Source: an uncultured delta proteobacterium (GTDB taxonomy: Bacteria > Desulfobacterota > Binatia > UBA9968). Taken from it: 64,000 nt of DNA. Shown here piece after piece: positions 42,004 to 51,622 of this stretch. The notes under the pieces were generated by a model. The model ran no database searches. It saw only the letters and a program-made list of their open reading frames with translations, and was not told where the DNA came from. The stretch is taken from the NCBI GenBank assembly GCA_963737905.1, contig CAVTUQ010000001.1:74066-138065 (forward strand). Direction: 5' to 3'. Every line of letters begins with the position of its first letter. Position 1 is the first letter of the stretch. Position numbers and translations under genes: made by a program.

Positions 42004-42361
42004 ATGCAGATCGTTAACGAATCAGATCGGGATGTGACCTGGTGGTGCTACAACTCTGACGACTGGGGGCCGAGAGCACACCTCGCCAGGGGGGAGGGGC
42101 GATCTGGCACAGGGAGGGAGGGCCTCATTTAACCCGCCGAGCAACGCCACGGGTTTGTACTACGTGGTGTTCACGAACAAAGGCGGCAGTCTGACCTACT
42201 CATGGTGGAGGCCCGGAAACGCTTCCACTTTGAAACACAGCCCGAAGCTAGGTCGGGACCAAACGGTAACCTTGAGAGGATCGTCCAGATACCAGGTAGT
42301 AAACCCGGCGGGGTTTCCTATGACAGGGGAGGCATTGTCTGACGGCTACCAACCAGGCTGA
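42004..42361 (+). CDS. Small hypothetical protein, tandem copy 1 (extra G in run at 42065-42069)
   Basis: MQIVNESDRDVTWWCYNS; removing one G gives a colinear match to copy 2; GGAGG ribosome site. Confidence 0.7.
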
Positions 42362-42415
42362 TGCTCGGTACAAGGCAGCGCTCCGCTTCTTTCAACCAGA
42401 CGTGGGAGGTAAGAA

Positions 42416-42721
42416 ATGCAGATCGTTAACGAATCAGATATGGCTGTGACCTGGTGGTGCTACAACTCCTACGACGGAGACCGAGAGTACACCTTATTCG
42501 GAGGGAAGGGCGATCTGGCACCGGGAGGGAGGGCCTCGTTTAACCCGCCGAGCAATGAAACTGGTCGCTACTACGTGCAATTCACGCTGAAAGACGGTCA
42601 TCTTCCTTACTCTTGGTGGAAGGCCGCAAACCAATGGACTTACGCACGCTGCCCAAACGTACGTGGGGACGAAACGCTGATCTATAGAGGATCGACCAGT
42701 TTCGAAGCGATAGTCACATAG
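42416..42721 (+). CDS. Small hypothetical protein, tandem copy 2
   Basis: 101 aa, Trp/Tyr/Gly-rich; same CGTGGGAGGTAAGAAATGCAGATCGTTAACGAATCAGAT start as copy 1. Confidence 0.8.
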   Translation: MQIVNESDMAVTWWCYNSYDGDREYTLFGGKGDLAPGGRASFNPPSNETGRYYVQFTLKDGHLPYSWWKAANQWTYARCPNVRGDETLIYRGSTSFEAIVT

Positions 42722-42810
42722 ACTCCGTGCGGCGATATACCTCCGCTCAGAAAAGTTGATTAAAAATTCTATCCATCTGTTGTCGAAATGAACCGCGAGA
42801 GGAATTCATC

Positions 42811-43904
42811 ATGACCCGCATGCCAATCCACAGGTTCAAAGGTTCAAACGTTCAACCGTTCAATGTTTTCGGCCTTCTGATTCTCTCTCTCGTTGGACTT
42901 TTGAATCTCGTGAGTCTTGAACGGGCTTCCGCCCAGACCCCCTTTTACCAGGGAAAGACTATTCGTATCGTGGTCGGCTATCAGCCTGGCGATAGCCACG
43001 ACCTGTGGGCGCGCACTTACATCCGCTTTCTCGGCAAGCATATTCCAGGCAACCCCGAGTTCGTCGTGCAAAACATGCCCGGCGCCGGCTCGATGATCGC
43101 GGCCAATTACGTTTTCAATTTGACCAAGCCCGATGGTCTCACTCTCGGTTCCATAGGCGGTGCGCTGTTCATGGCCCAATTGACGGGGCGGAAAGAAGTG
43201 CAGTTTGACTGGCCGAAGTTTTCTTGGATCATGACTCCGGACCGCGGCGGCCATCTTCTGTACATGCGCACCGACGCACCGTACAAGACTTTCGAAGATT
43301 TGCGCCAGACCAACGATCCACCGAAGTGCTCGGCCACGGGCGTCGGCAGCACGGGATACGACCTGCCCAAGCTGCTCGAAGAAGCGCTGGGCTTTAAATT
43401 CCGCGTCATCAGTGGCTACCCCGGCGGCGCCGATCAAGATCTCGCCATGGAACGCGGCGAGGTTCACTGCCGCGCCTTTATCATCGAATCATTTTTCCAG
43501 CGCGAGCCGTTTCCCACCTGGGTCAAGAAAAATTTCGTCAGAGTGTGGCTGCAGACGGAACCTAAGCGCCATCCAAAGCTGCCCGACGTACCGACGGTCT
43601 TCGAGTTGATGGACCAATACAAAGTGTCCGACTCCAAACGGCGTCTGGTAACCACCTATCTTGGCATCTGGGGATTCGGCTCCCGGCCCATCGTCTCGAC
43701 TCCCGGCACACCGGCGGACCGGACGCAGATCCTGCGCGACGGCTTCGCCAAAATGTTCAAGGATCCAGAGTTCCAGGAAGAGCTCAAGAAGCGCAAGTGG
43801 GAGGTGGAGTTTGTCGGCGGTGAAGAGCTTCAGGCACTCGCGAAAGAAGTCGTCATCAGCCGCCCGACGTGGCCGCCGCGCTCAAGCGAATATTGAGCCA
43901 GTAA
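42811..43904 (+). CDS. Bug/TctC-type substrate-binding protein (frameshift near 43858)
   Basis: FYQGKTIRIVVG, VVQNMPGAG, LPDVPT; the shifted frame ends QPPDVAAALKRILSQ*. Confidence 0.88.
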
Positions 43905-43920
43905 TTCGGCAAGCGGCGCC

Positions 43921-43954
43921 GTTGCCAGTATTAATGAACTCCATACTTGACCCC
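43921..43954 (+). repeat. REP-transposase end copy
   Basis: GTTGCCAGTATTAATGAACTCCATACTTGACCCC differs at one base from 40279-40312. Confidence 0.8.
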
Positions 43955-44174
43955 TTTTGGCTTACTACCGAAGTGAAGAAAACGTGGAGTCGAGAAACCG
44001 TGGGAATCGCATCTTGAACTGACCCTCTCTAGAATGAACGGAGGGTTCTTCAGCATAATCAGGACCGGAGCATTGGAGTGATGGATTGATAGCGAGAGTA
44101 AACCTGTCGCACCACGATCGAAAGGGACGACATGAGGATTTGAAATCCTCATAGCAGACAGAAGGGGAAATAAC

Positions 44175-44240
44175 GGGGTCGAGGCCGAATGGACAAAGAA
44201 AGAAATTAGAATCCTGAATCAAGCCCTCACGATTGATCCT
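44175..44240 (+). repeat. Partial copy of the REP-associated element
   Basis: GGGGTCGAG followed by ATGGACAAAGAAAGAAATTAGAATCCTGAATCAAGCC, as at about 46728-46765 and 39703-39732. Confidence 0.65.
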
Positions 44241-44577
44241 CTAAAGGGGGGAAATAAAGGGGACGCAAACCTTTTCTTGACTGCTAAAATCTTGACAAGC
44301 TACTCGTACGGAAGGAAAATCATGGTTGGTTGACGATTTGGCCTTAATGATATTCGTTCATTGCGTCGCGCTAAACTGCGATGTAAGAAAGACCATGGAA
44401 CTTTACGAACACGTTGTACTTGCCTATCTGACCAAGGACCCGTTCGCCGTCGTCAGTCCACAGTATTCGATCACCGAGGTCGAAACTTCCACTACAATTT
44501 TACTCCGATAACGATTCTTCTCAGTGATAGGAGCGATTCACATTTATCGGCTATAATAGGCAAGAGGTGGAAAAGAC

Positions 44578-46443
44578 ATGGAGAACCTTACATCTCTAAA
44601 CGGTCTTGTGAACGAGCGAATATTTAGAGTTCCGGACTACCAGCGTGGTTACGCGTGGACGGCGACGGAGCGGCAAGACTTGCTCGACGACCTTGCGGAG
44701 ATTCAAGTATTGAACACGCATTCGCACTACGAACATTTTACGGGCACGGTTGTTTTAGAAGATACTAAACAAAACCTTACTGTGCCCGGTGGTGTAGTAA
44801 AGCGACTAGAAATCGTCGACGGCCAACAGCGGTTAACTACATTCGTTATTCTAATCCGACAAATTATCGACCAATATCGCGAATTGGGTGATACCAGGCA
44901 CATGCGAGCGGCACAAACACTCGAGGAACGGTACGTTAAAATAACGCCCGATGGACCGTACCTTTTGGAATTAAACAACGATACAAACCGATTCTTTATC
45001 GACACGATTTTGGAAGCTAGCACAACACGCGTGCCTCAATCCTTTGCTGAGGAAAATCTACTCAACGCGAAACGGGAATTTTTAGACTTCTTGCGGCAGA
45101 AGCAGAAGGAGCACGACCCACAATTTGGTGAATATCTGGATACATTGACCACGATACTTACGTCATCGCTGAAATTTCTGCTCTATCAACCGAGTGGACA
45201 AGCCGAGGCTTGTTTCATGTTCGAGTCAATGAATGCCCGTGGACTGGAACTAACCCAATTGGAGAAAACTAAGAATCTGCTCTTCTTCCTCGCCTACAAG
45301 TATAAAACAAGCGAAAATCAGCTCAAACATTTGAGCACGGCTATAACAGATACTTGGCGAGATGTGTGGAGAAACCTGTACAGTGCTAAGGGTGAAGAAG
45401 ACCAATTTCTTAGGTTCCATTGGATAGTTTTCGATCGCGAAACCTGGATGGACAAAGGCGACGTAACACGTACATACGATATTCATGACGCTATACGTAA
45501 AACCGTGAAGGAATGCCTAGAATCCGCTGATGTATGCAAATGGCTAGAGTCATACCTAACGAGTCTGAGAAGTTACAGCCCGCTCTATAGAGACTTGATA
45601 AATCCCCACGCGGAGACAAGCTTTCAACGCCAGGCAAAGCAGCGCGATGCACTCGTGGAATTAGTTCACTCGACTCAGCGGATCGGTCGGGAGGCGAACC
45701 TCATCCCCGTGATGATGGCGTCGTACTATCGATACGCCAACACAGACGAGGAACTGCAGGAAATCTTTCGACTTGCAGAAGTATTTAGCTTTCGTCTTTT
45801 AGTCATCGGGCGTAGGGCAGATGTTGGTCGCAGAAGAGCATTTGATATTGCGTGCGAAATCGGCCACGGGAAGCTTTTAGCGATCGATGCAATTAAAAGA
45901 TTGCGGGGGCTGATCTCAGAGTATTGTGATGATTCGAAGTTTCGGGATGCACTTGAGGACCAAAAGGACGATTTCTACCACTGGTCCGGGATACGTTATT
46001 TCCTTTTTGAACACGAGCGGGATTTGCAAAGGAAGGCAAGGGGGCAGTTTTTGCTCGACTGGGATCTCTTTAGGCGCCAAGAACCAGAGCAGAGCATCGA
46101 ACATATACTACCTCAAGGCGAGTCGATTCCGCAAAGCACATACTGGAACGATTATTGGGGCAAATTCTTTTCCGAGGAAGAGTGGCGTCGGTGCCGACAC
46201 CTCTTGGGAAACCTTAACCTTGCGATGCCGCATTGGAATTCTTCATACAGCGCCAAAGATTTTCCTGCGAAGCGTGGAGACAGAACGACTCCTCCGGACG
46301 CAATGGTGTACGCCCATTCGCCATGGATTTCAGAGCAGGTATTATCCACGATCACCGATTGGACTCCTGAGGAAATCACGAAGCGACAGAACACACTGGC
46401 GGCTTGGGCAATAAAAAGATGGCCGATAGACGTGCCACAATAG
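44578..46443 (+). CDS. DUF262 + DUF1524 (GmrSD/SspE-like) nuclease
   Basis: VPDYQRGYAW, IVDGQQRLTT, FESMNARG; C-terminal SIEHILPQ..LGNLNL..N HNH-type motif. Confidence 0.9.
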   Translation: MENLTSLNGLVNERIFRVPDYQRGYAWTATERQDLLDDLAEIQVLNTHSHYEHFTGTVVLEDTKQNLTVPGGVVKRLEIVDGQQRLTTFVILIRQIIDQYRELGDTRHMRAAQTLEERYVKITPDGPYLLELNNDTNRFFIDTILEASTTRVPQSFAEENLLNAKREFLDFLRQKQKEHDPQFGEYLDTLTTILTSSLKFLLYQPSGQAEACFMFESMNARGLELTQLEKTKNLLFFLAYKYKTSENQLKHLSTAITDTWRDVWRNLYSAKGEEDQFLRFHWIVFDRETWMDKGDVTRTYDIHDAIRKTVKECLESADVCKWLESYLTSLRSYSPLYRDLINPHAETSFQRQAKQRDALVELVHSTQRIGREANLIPVMMASYYRYANTDEELQEIFRLAEVFSFRLLVIGRRADVGRRRAFDIACEIGHGKLLAIDAIKRLRGLISEYCDDSKFRDALEDQKDDFYHWSGIRYFLFEHERDLQRKARGQFLLDWDLFRRQEPEQSIEHILPQGESIPQSTYWNDYWGKFFSEEEWRRCRHLLGNLNLAMPHWNSSYSAKDFPAKRGDRTTPPDAMVYAHSPWISEQVLSTITDWTPEEITKRQNTLAAWAIKRWPIDVPQ

Positions 46444-46657
46444 GAAGGCAGCCTATCGGGATGATCAGCCATAACAATCATTACAATCCATCAACCTCTC
46501 TGACTGCTAAGGCGAAATCTTAGCGTAGATCGCTTCCCCGCCCTACAACCGATAAAGCTCCGCCGCGGTTTCCACAGCACTCTGTTGCGGGCTTCAGCCG
46601 ATACGCCTTTGAAACAATGATCGATCGTTTCCCGAGTGCGCGGAGATAATGAATAAT

Positions 46658-46860
46658 GGGGTCGAGCCTGAATCTGTACTTTAGGAGGCGGAGTCTGCGC
46701 AGACAACTATCATTAGGCGAAGCCTGGATGGACAAGGAAAGAAACTAGAATCCCGAATCAAGCCTGAACATCACTGTATCCCCAAGGCTGCAGGCGGAGG
46801 CAAAGTTTCGAGATCGTGTGGGAAGCGTCCGACGAATTTGCCAACAAAAGATTTGACCCT
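46658..46860 (+). mobile_element. MITE-like REP-transposase derivative
   Basis: Bounded by GGGGTCGAGCC and AGATTTGACCC; encodes a transposase-tail remnant KFRDRVGSVRRICQQKI*. Confidence 0.7.
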
Positions 46861-46937
46861 TTTGCTCCTTCAACATACAGTATGATTTGGGATGGCTTCG
46901 CGTGACGCCGCACCTAAATGCCAGCGGCATAACGCCG

Positions 46938-47726
46938 TCAAGGCAAGTTTGGCCATACGCTGTCACAAAAAACGTTGAGCGCTTCTTCGACAGTGACGTA
47001 GTCAATTATGACTTGCTGGTGGATAATGGCAGGACGACTTTCTTCGTACGAATGGATAAACACAAGGCTTGGTGTGCCTATCATATTTTGTTCTTCGCGC
47101 AGCTGGTCGTAAAGGGAATCACTTCCAGGAAGATCAAAATCCAATTTTCGAATCTGATCTTCTATAGTGAAATAGCGTGTTTTTTCTTCGTCATTGAGCA
47201 CAGACGGCGGAATATACATCGGAATTCGATGCGCTAGGGCATCTCGGTAGTTCTTCGAATATTCTGAATACCAATTCCTTATCGGCTCCGAATTTAGATA
47301 CGTCCGCAACTTGTCGGGGAAATGCGCTTGCATTTTATTGCTGAAGATTCCGATATCGAATCGTCCCAGTTTTCCTCTTTCTGGCGTGCCAAGCAGGCTG
47401 TTTTCAAAAGCCACTACCCACGCCAGATTGTCAAACAGCCCTGAAATGTTAACGAAGAAAGCGTGAAGATTTATTTCCACGTCAGTCAAGGCATCCGATT
47501 CTAGCTGCTGGGTTCGTTCGACGGGAAAAATCGTAAAGATATTATGAACGCATCGAGTTAGTATTCCGAGTCGCCTTGCTACACCGTGCAACAGGTATTC
47601 TTTTGCTCTTGTTCCCTGAAGTCGCACTTCGACCGCAAGGAGACGAACCTTTAGCTGATTATGGATTCCATCCAGCTTCGAGTACTTGTCGGTGATGTCT
47701 TTGATAGCCTGCTCATCGTATCGCAT
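46938..47726 (-). CDS. HEPN-like protein (Cthe_2314-like), putative RNase
   Basis: Helical protein with AFFVNISGLFDNLAWV and Rx4H motif YRDALAHR. Confidence 0.65.
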   Translation of the reverse strand: MRYDEQAIKDITDKYSKLDGIHNQLKVRLLAVEVRLQGTRAKEYLLHGVARRLGILTRCVHNIFTIFPVERTQQLESDALTDVEINLHAFFVNISGLFDNLAWVVAFENSLLGTPERGKLGRFDIGIFSNKMQAHFPDKLRTYLNSEPIRNWYSEYSKNYRDALAHRIPMYIPPSVLNDEEKTRYFTIEDQIRKLDFDLPGSDSLYDQLREEQNMIGTPSLVFIHSYEESRPAIIHQQVIIDYVTVEEALNVFCDSVWPNLP

Positions 47727-47842
47727 GGAAATCCCCTTTTCTGCTGTACTAATAGTCGCCCCGGAGGGGCATACGTCAGGCTAGGATGGTTGCCGCTTTT
47801 ATATTCGACAGGAGCCAGATTTGAGGGTCAGGCATGAGTTAT

Positions 47843-49707
47843 GATTCTGCTGAAGAACCCGGTTGTAATGTTCTGAGTGACAACAGAAAGGGATAGGCCT
47901 GCACCGATTTTTATTGCAGCGTGTCGTAGTTATAAAAAACCCGGCCCTCAAGCCTCACGCGGGGCTCAGAGCCGCTATTTCGATCTGGAAAGCCAACCGT
48001 TTTAAGTATCGTTTCACATTGCAGGCCGCACCCATGAAGTAATGCGACAACGCGACCCGGTTGAACCCGCGATACTTGGTCCGCCGCAACCCGTGCCCGC
48101 GCACCAACTCGCTGTGGGTTCCCTCGATGCCGTTGCGTGGATGCATCGATTCAGAAAAGTTATCCACTCTCATTTGCTCCCGGCGCTTCTGCACCAGATC
48201 GTGGCGTAATCCAACGACCAGCATTCTGCGTCCACTCTTGGCACGCGTACATTGTTTTTGCACAGGACAGCCGTCGCATTGGCTACCCCACTCCAGACGG
48301 TAGTATACAGTTCCCATGTAGCTATCCTTGATACGGCTGCATTGAGTGCTGGTCTTTCCCTGCGGACAAACCGCTCGCTGGTTCTCTACGTCCACAACAA
48401 ACCCGTCGGCATTATACGGCCCCTTGTGGGGATCGGGACGGGTTGGCCCGAGTAGCTCCATCGCTTCGCTTTCAGCTTGCGACAAGGTGCCCTCGGTCAC
48501 ATAGCCGCCGTCAGCATACACCGCCTCGGGTTTTAGCTCGTGGTGTTCCTGTTGTCGTTTGAGCGCTTTGGCCAAGCCTGCCATTTCGTCTTGGGCCGCC
48601 TCGGTCGTTAGAATCTCGGTAATAAAATGTTCGCCAGGCTCCGCTTTGATCTTCGCTGGCTCTTTCGGATCAACGCTCTCCATCACGTGGACCTTGTAGC
48701 CGATCCACTGTTTAGTCCCCTTATCCGCATAGTGAGCATCGGGATCGTGCGGATTCTGTACCGCGCGAGAAGGCCGCGTGCGACGGGATTGCACCGCTCC
48801 CTGCACCACCTCGAACTGTTCTTCAAAAACCCGGCGCATCAGTTGTATCGATTCAATCTCACCAAGCTTCGGATCATGGTTATCGATCCACTCAAGAAGA
48901 TCTTTCAGGTCTTGGCCGCATTGACGGTAACGGCTGTCCCGTTCGGCTTTACTGAGCCGCCAACCCACTTCGCTCTGCACGTACAGCGCCCATAGCCTCT
49001 CCCAGAACTCTGGCCGCTTGCCGGCAACAAGGACTCCGGCTAACCCCTCCAACCCCAGGCGCACCGTCTCCACCGCGCATTCCAACCGGCTCATCTCTTT
49101 GACGTAGCCTAAGATATGCGTGCTATCGATGCGCTGTTTGCCCGCTCGCTTGATCAATCCCAACTCGATCAAAAGATCTATGATCCCGTCAAATATCACC
49201 CGCTCGGCCTTTTTCTCCTCCAGCCGGTCACGAAAATAAACCAACACCGTCGAATGAAATCCTTCATAGTCCAGCTCCAAATCCAAGGCGTACTTCCAGC
49301 CCAGATGATAGACCACTTGCTCCGCCGCCCGGCGGTCCGTCACTTTCTCCATGAACTGCAATAACGTGACCCCGCTCAAAAGCACCGGATCAATCGCCGG
49401 ACGACCGTTGCTCTCGCAGTAAAGCGCCTCTAACTTAACTCGAAGCCTTAACAGCTTAGGTAGGATCTTTTCTCGGAACAACCGGTATCGGTCAGCGCCG
49501 CCAAACAGATAACTCGTGTGATAAAAGCTTCTCTGTGAATCGAAACGTCCTACGCTCATACACGCAGATTAAAGACAGTCGTAATACTTATCAACGACAA
49601 AATGCTTCAAGCTGGCCCTGAGCGTTTAATTTCTTGCCTTGTGCTGGTTAGGAATTTTGCTCACCGATAACTATATCTAAATTTCAATGGGGTTTTTCAG
49701 CAGAATC
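47843..49707 (-). mobile_element. IS1182-family insertion sequence
   Basis: Inverted repeats GATTCTGCTGAAGAACCC / GGGTTTTTCAGCAGAATC; 6-bp duplication AGTTAT (47837-47842, 49708-49713). Confidence 0.9.
47955..49559 (-). CDS. IS1182-family DDE transposase
   Basis: GRPAIDP, RIDSTH, GYKVH, YADGGY, CPQG, CDGCPVQKQCT, RNGIEGTHSE. Confidence 0.9.
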   Translation of the reverse strand: MSVGRFDSQRSFYHTSYLFGGADRYRLFREKILPKLLRLRVKLEALYCESNGRPAIDPVLLSGVTLLQFMEKVTDRRAAEQVVYHLGWKYALDLELDYEGFHSTVLVYFRDRLEEKKAERVIFDGIIDLLIELGLIKRAGKQRIDSTHILGYVKEMSRLECAVETVRLGLEGLAGVLVAGKRPEFWERLWALYVQSEVGWRLSKAERDSRYRQCGQDLKDLLEWIDNHDPKLGEIESIQLMRRVFEEQFEVVQGAVQSRRTRPSRAVQNPHDPDAHYADKGTKQWIGYKVHVMESVDPKEPAKIKAEPGEHFITEILTTEAAQDEMAGLAKALKRQQEHHELKPEAVYADGGYVTEGTLSQAESEAMELLGPTRPDPHKGPYNADGFVVDVENQRAVCPQGKTSTQCSRIKDSYMGTVYYRLEWGSQCDGCPVQKQCTRAKSGRRMLVVGLRHDLVQKRREQMRVDNFSESMHPRNGIEGTHSELVRGHGLRRTKYRGFNRVALSHYFMGAACNVKRYLKRLAFQIEIAALSPA

Positions 49708-50148
49708 AGTTATTGACTTATTGATCTATCTCTATCCATTCCGCCAATTCCCCAACAGAACTCGCGGCCCGAAGACCTTCCGCAACATTTGCGGTCGCCG
49801 GCCCTATAGGTACGTACACTTTGGCAGGCGTACAAACAACAGGAATTATTTTTGAGAATTTCGAAAAATCAAAGTTATCTCCGCATCGTTTGCAATAGAG
49901 AAGCGACATTTTCTCCTGCCATTGCTTCACGGCATTCATCATAGCAGATGTTACATTGCGAACAGTTCGATAGTCTCCAGAATCATATTCTCCCGAGTAA
50001 ATCACGGCTTTGCAGGATACGGCGAGTAGTTCGTCATTACGTTCTCCGATGGCGTCTATGTCCGTGATCGACGCGCCGTCGAAACGTAGCGGGCGTCCTC
50101 GAAGATTTAGAATTTCAGGAGTCGGTTTCCAGCAGCTGCGATTAATTA

Positions 50149-51622
50149 GTTTTCACTGAAAAAGTCAGAAAGTTGTTGGGTGTAAATATTGGATTGATGT
50201 AAAAGAAGTCATGCGCAAAGCAATATCTGAGCAGATGAGTTTTGGCGATGGCTTCATCGATCCCAGTTTGTACCGGTTGGATGAGGAGCTCAAGAAAGTG
50301 GATGAGCTTCTGAGCCAGGGCGAGGTGCTCAAGCCCTTCGAAGCACTCTTCGATGATAGCCTGGGCCGGCCCGGCACCCCAGCGGGGATTTACCTGCGGA
50401 TGATGTATCTCAAGTTTCGCTGGGGACTGAGCTACGAAGAAGTGGAGACGGAGGTTAAAGAGAGATTGCCTTGGCGCTATTTCTGCCATCTGTCTTTGAT
50501 GGATACGGTTCCCGACGCCACCACGTTGATCAAGCTCAACCAGAGATTTGGCGAGGAGCGGATTGTCAATCTGAACAAGCAGTTGGTCGGCCATTTGGTC
50601 AAGCACCGAGCGATCAAACCGCGCCGGATTCGCATCGACTCGACGACTCTGGAAGCCCATATCGCTTACCCCACCGACATCAGCATCCTCCATCAAGCAG
50701 TGCGCACCCTTACCCGCACGGCGAGTTCGTTGGGTCAGAAGATTGTCAGTCATGTGAGAGCCACCAAGAAAGCCTTGGCCCGCTGGGGAGCCAGTTCCAA
50801 GGCCAAGCCTAAACAGCGCAAAGCCCAAGGCAAAAAGATTCTCAAGAAAGTAGCCCAACTGGCCACCGACACGCTGGCCCAGAGCCGTCAAGCTTTCGAG
50901 CATCTGTCGACAACGGCGCCAACCCAACTCAAGCAGAAGTTTAGCGAAACGATCGAGCTGACCGAAAAGCTGGTTGGGCAAACCCAGGACAAACTGGCGG
51001 GAAAGCGTACGATCCCCGAGCGCATCGTTTCGTTCTTTGATCCTGAGGCCCGGGCCATCGTCAAGGGCAAACTCGACAAGCCGGTGGAGTTTGGTCGCAC
51101 CCTGCAGTTGCTCCAGGACGACTCGGGAGTGATCGTTCACTACGAGATTGAGAGGGGCAATCCTAGCGACAAGACCAAGCTTATTTCTTTGGTCCGCCAG
51201 GCCAAAAAAATTCTCAAACAAGCGCCCCGAGAATTGGCCACCGACCGCGGTTATTACAGCGCCGACAATGTGAAAAAGCTTAGTCGGCTGGGAGTCCGTA
51301 GGGTTGGCATTCCGAAGATTGGTCGGTTGAGTAGAGCTGAGAAAAGACATCAACACGCCAAATGGTTCAAAAAGCTGCAACGGTTTCGCTGCGGCATCGA
51401 AGCGGGCATTAGTCTGCTCAAGCGCCGGTTCTCTCTGGGCCGAGTGCTGGCCAAGGGCTCGCCGGCTACCGCCGTATGGACCGGCTTTGCGATCTTTGCT
51501 TTCAATCTGTGGCAACAAACCTAACATGTGATGAAAACCCAACTCAATGCCGATGACAACTTTCGAGACTCGTAAACACGGCTAATATCCAAATCTTTTA
51601 ACCGTACTTTTTCAGCGAGAAC
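50149..51622 (+). mobile_element. IS5-like (ISNCY-type) insertion sequence
   Basis: Inverted repeats GTTTTCACTGAAAAAGT / ACTTTTTCAGCGAGAAC; duplication TAATTA (50143-50148, 51623-51628). Confidence 0.9.
50211..51524 (+). CDS. IS5-like DDE transposase
   Basis: GRPGTP..YLRMMYLK, RIDST, ATDRGY, RCGIEAGISLLKR. Confidence 0.9.
   Translation: MRKAISEQMSFGDGFIDPSLYRLDEELKKVDELLSQGEVLKPFEALFDDSLGRPGTPAGIYLRMMYLKFRWGLSYEEVETEVKERLPWRYFCHLSLMDTVPDATTLIKLNQRFGEERIVNLNKQLVGHLVKHRAIKPRRIRIDSTTLEAHIAYPTDISILHQAVRTLTRTASSLGQKIVSHVRATKKALARWGASSKAKPKQRKAQGKKILKKVAQLATDTLAQSRQAFEHLSTTAPTQLKQKFSETIELTEKLVGQTQDKLAGKRTIPERIVSFFDPEARAIVKGKLDKPVEFGRTLQLLQDDSGVIVHYEIERGNPSDKTKLISLVRQAKKILKQAPRELATDRGYYSADNVKKLSRLGVRRVGIPKIGRLSRAEKRHQHAKWFKKLQRFRCGIEAGISLLKRRFSLGRVLAKGSPATAVWTGFAIFAFNLWQQT

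Noticed and set aside
50142-51542. 466-aa minus-strand ORF
   Set aside because: Antisense to the IS5-like transposase, which has the DDE motifs.
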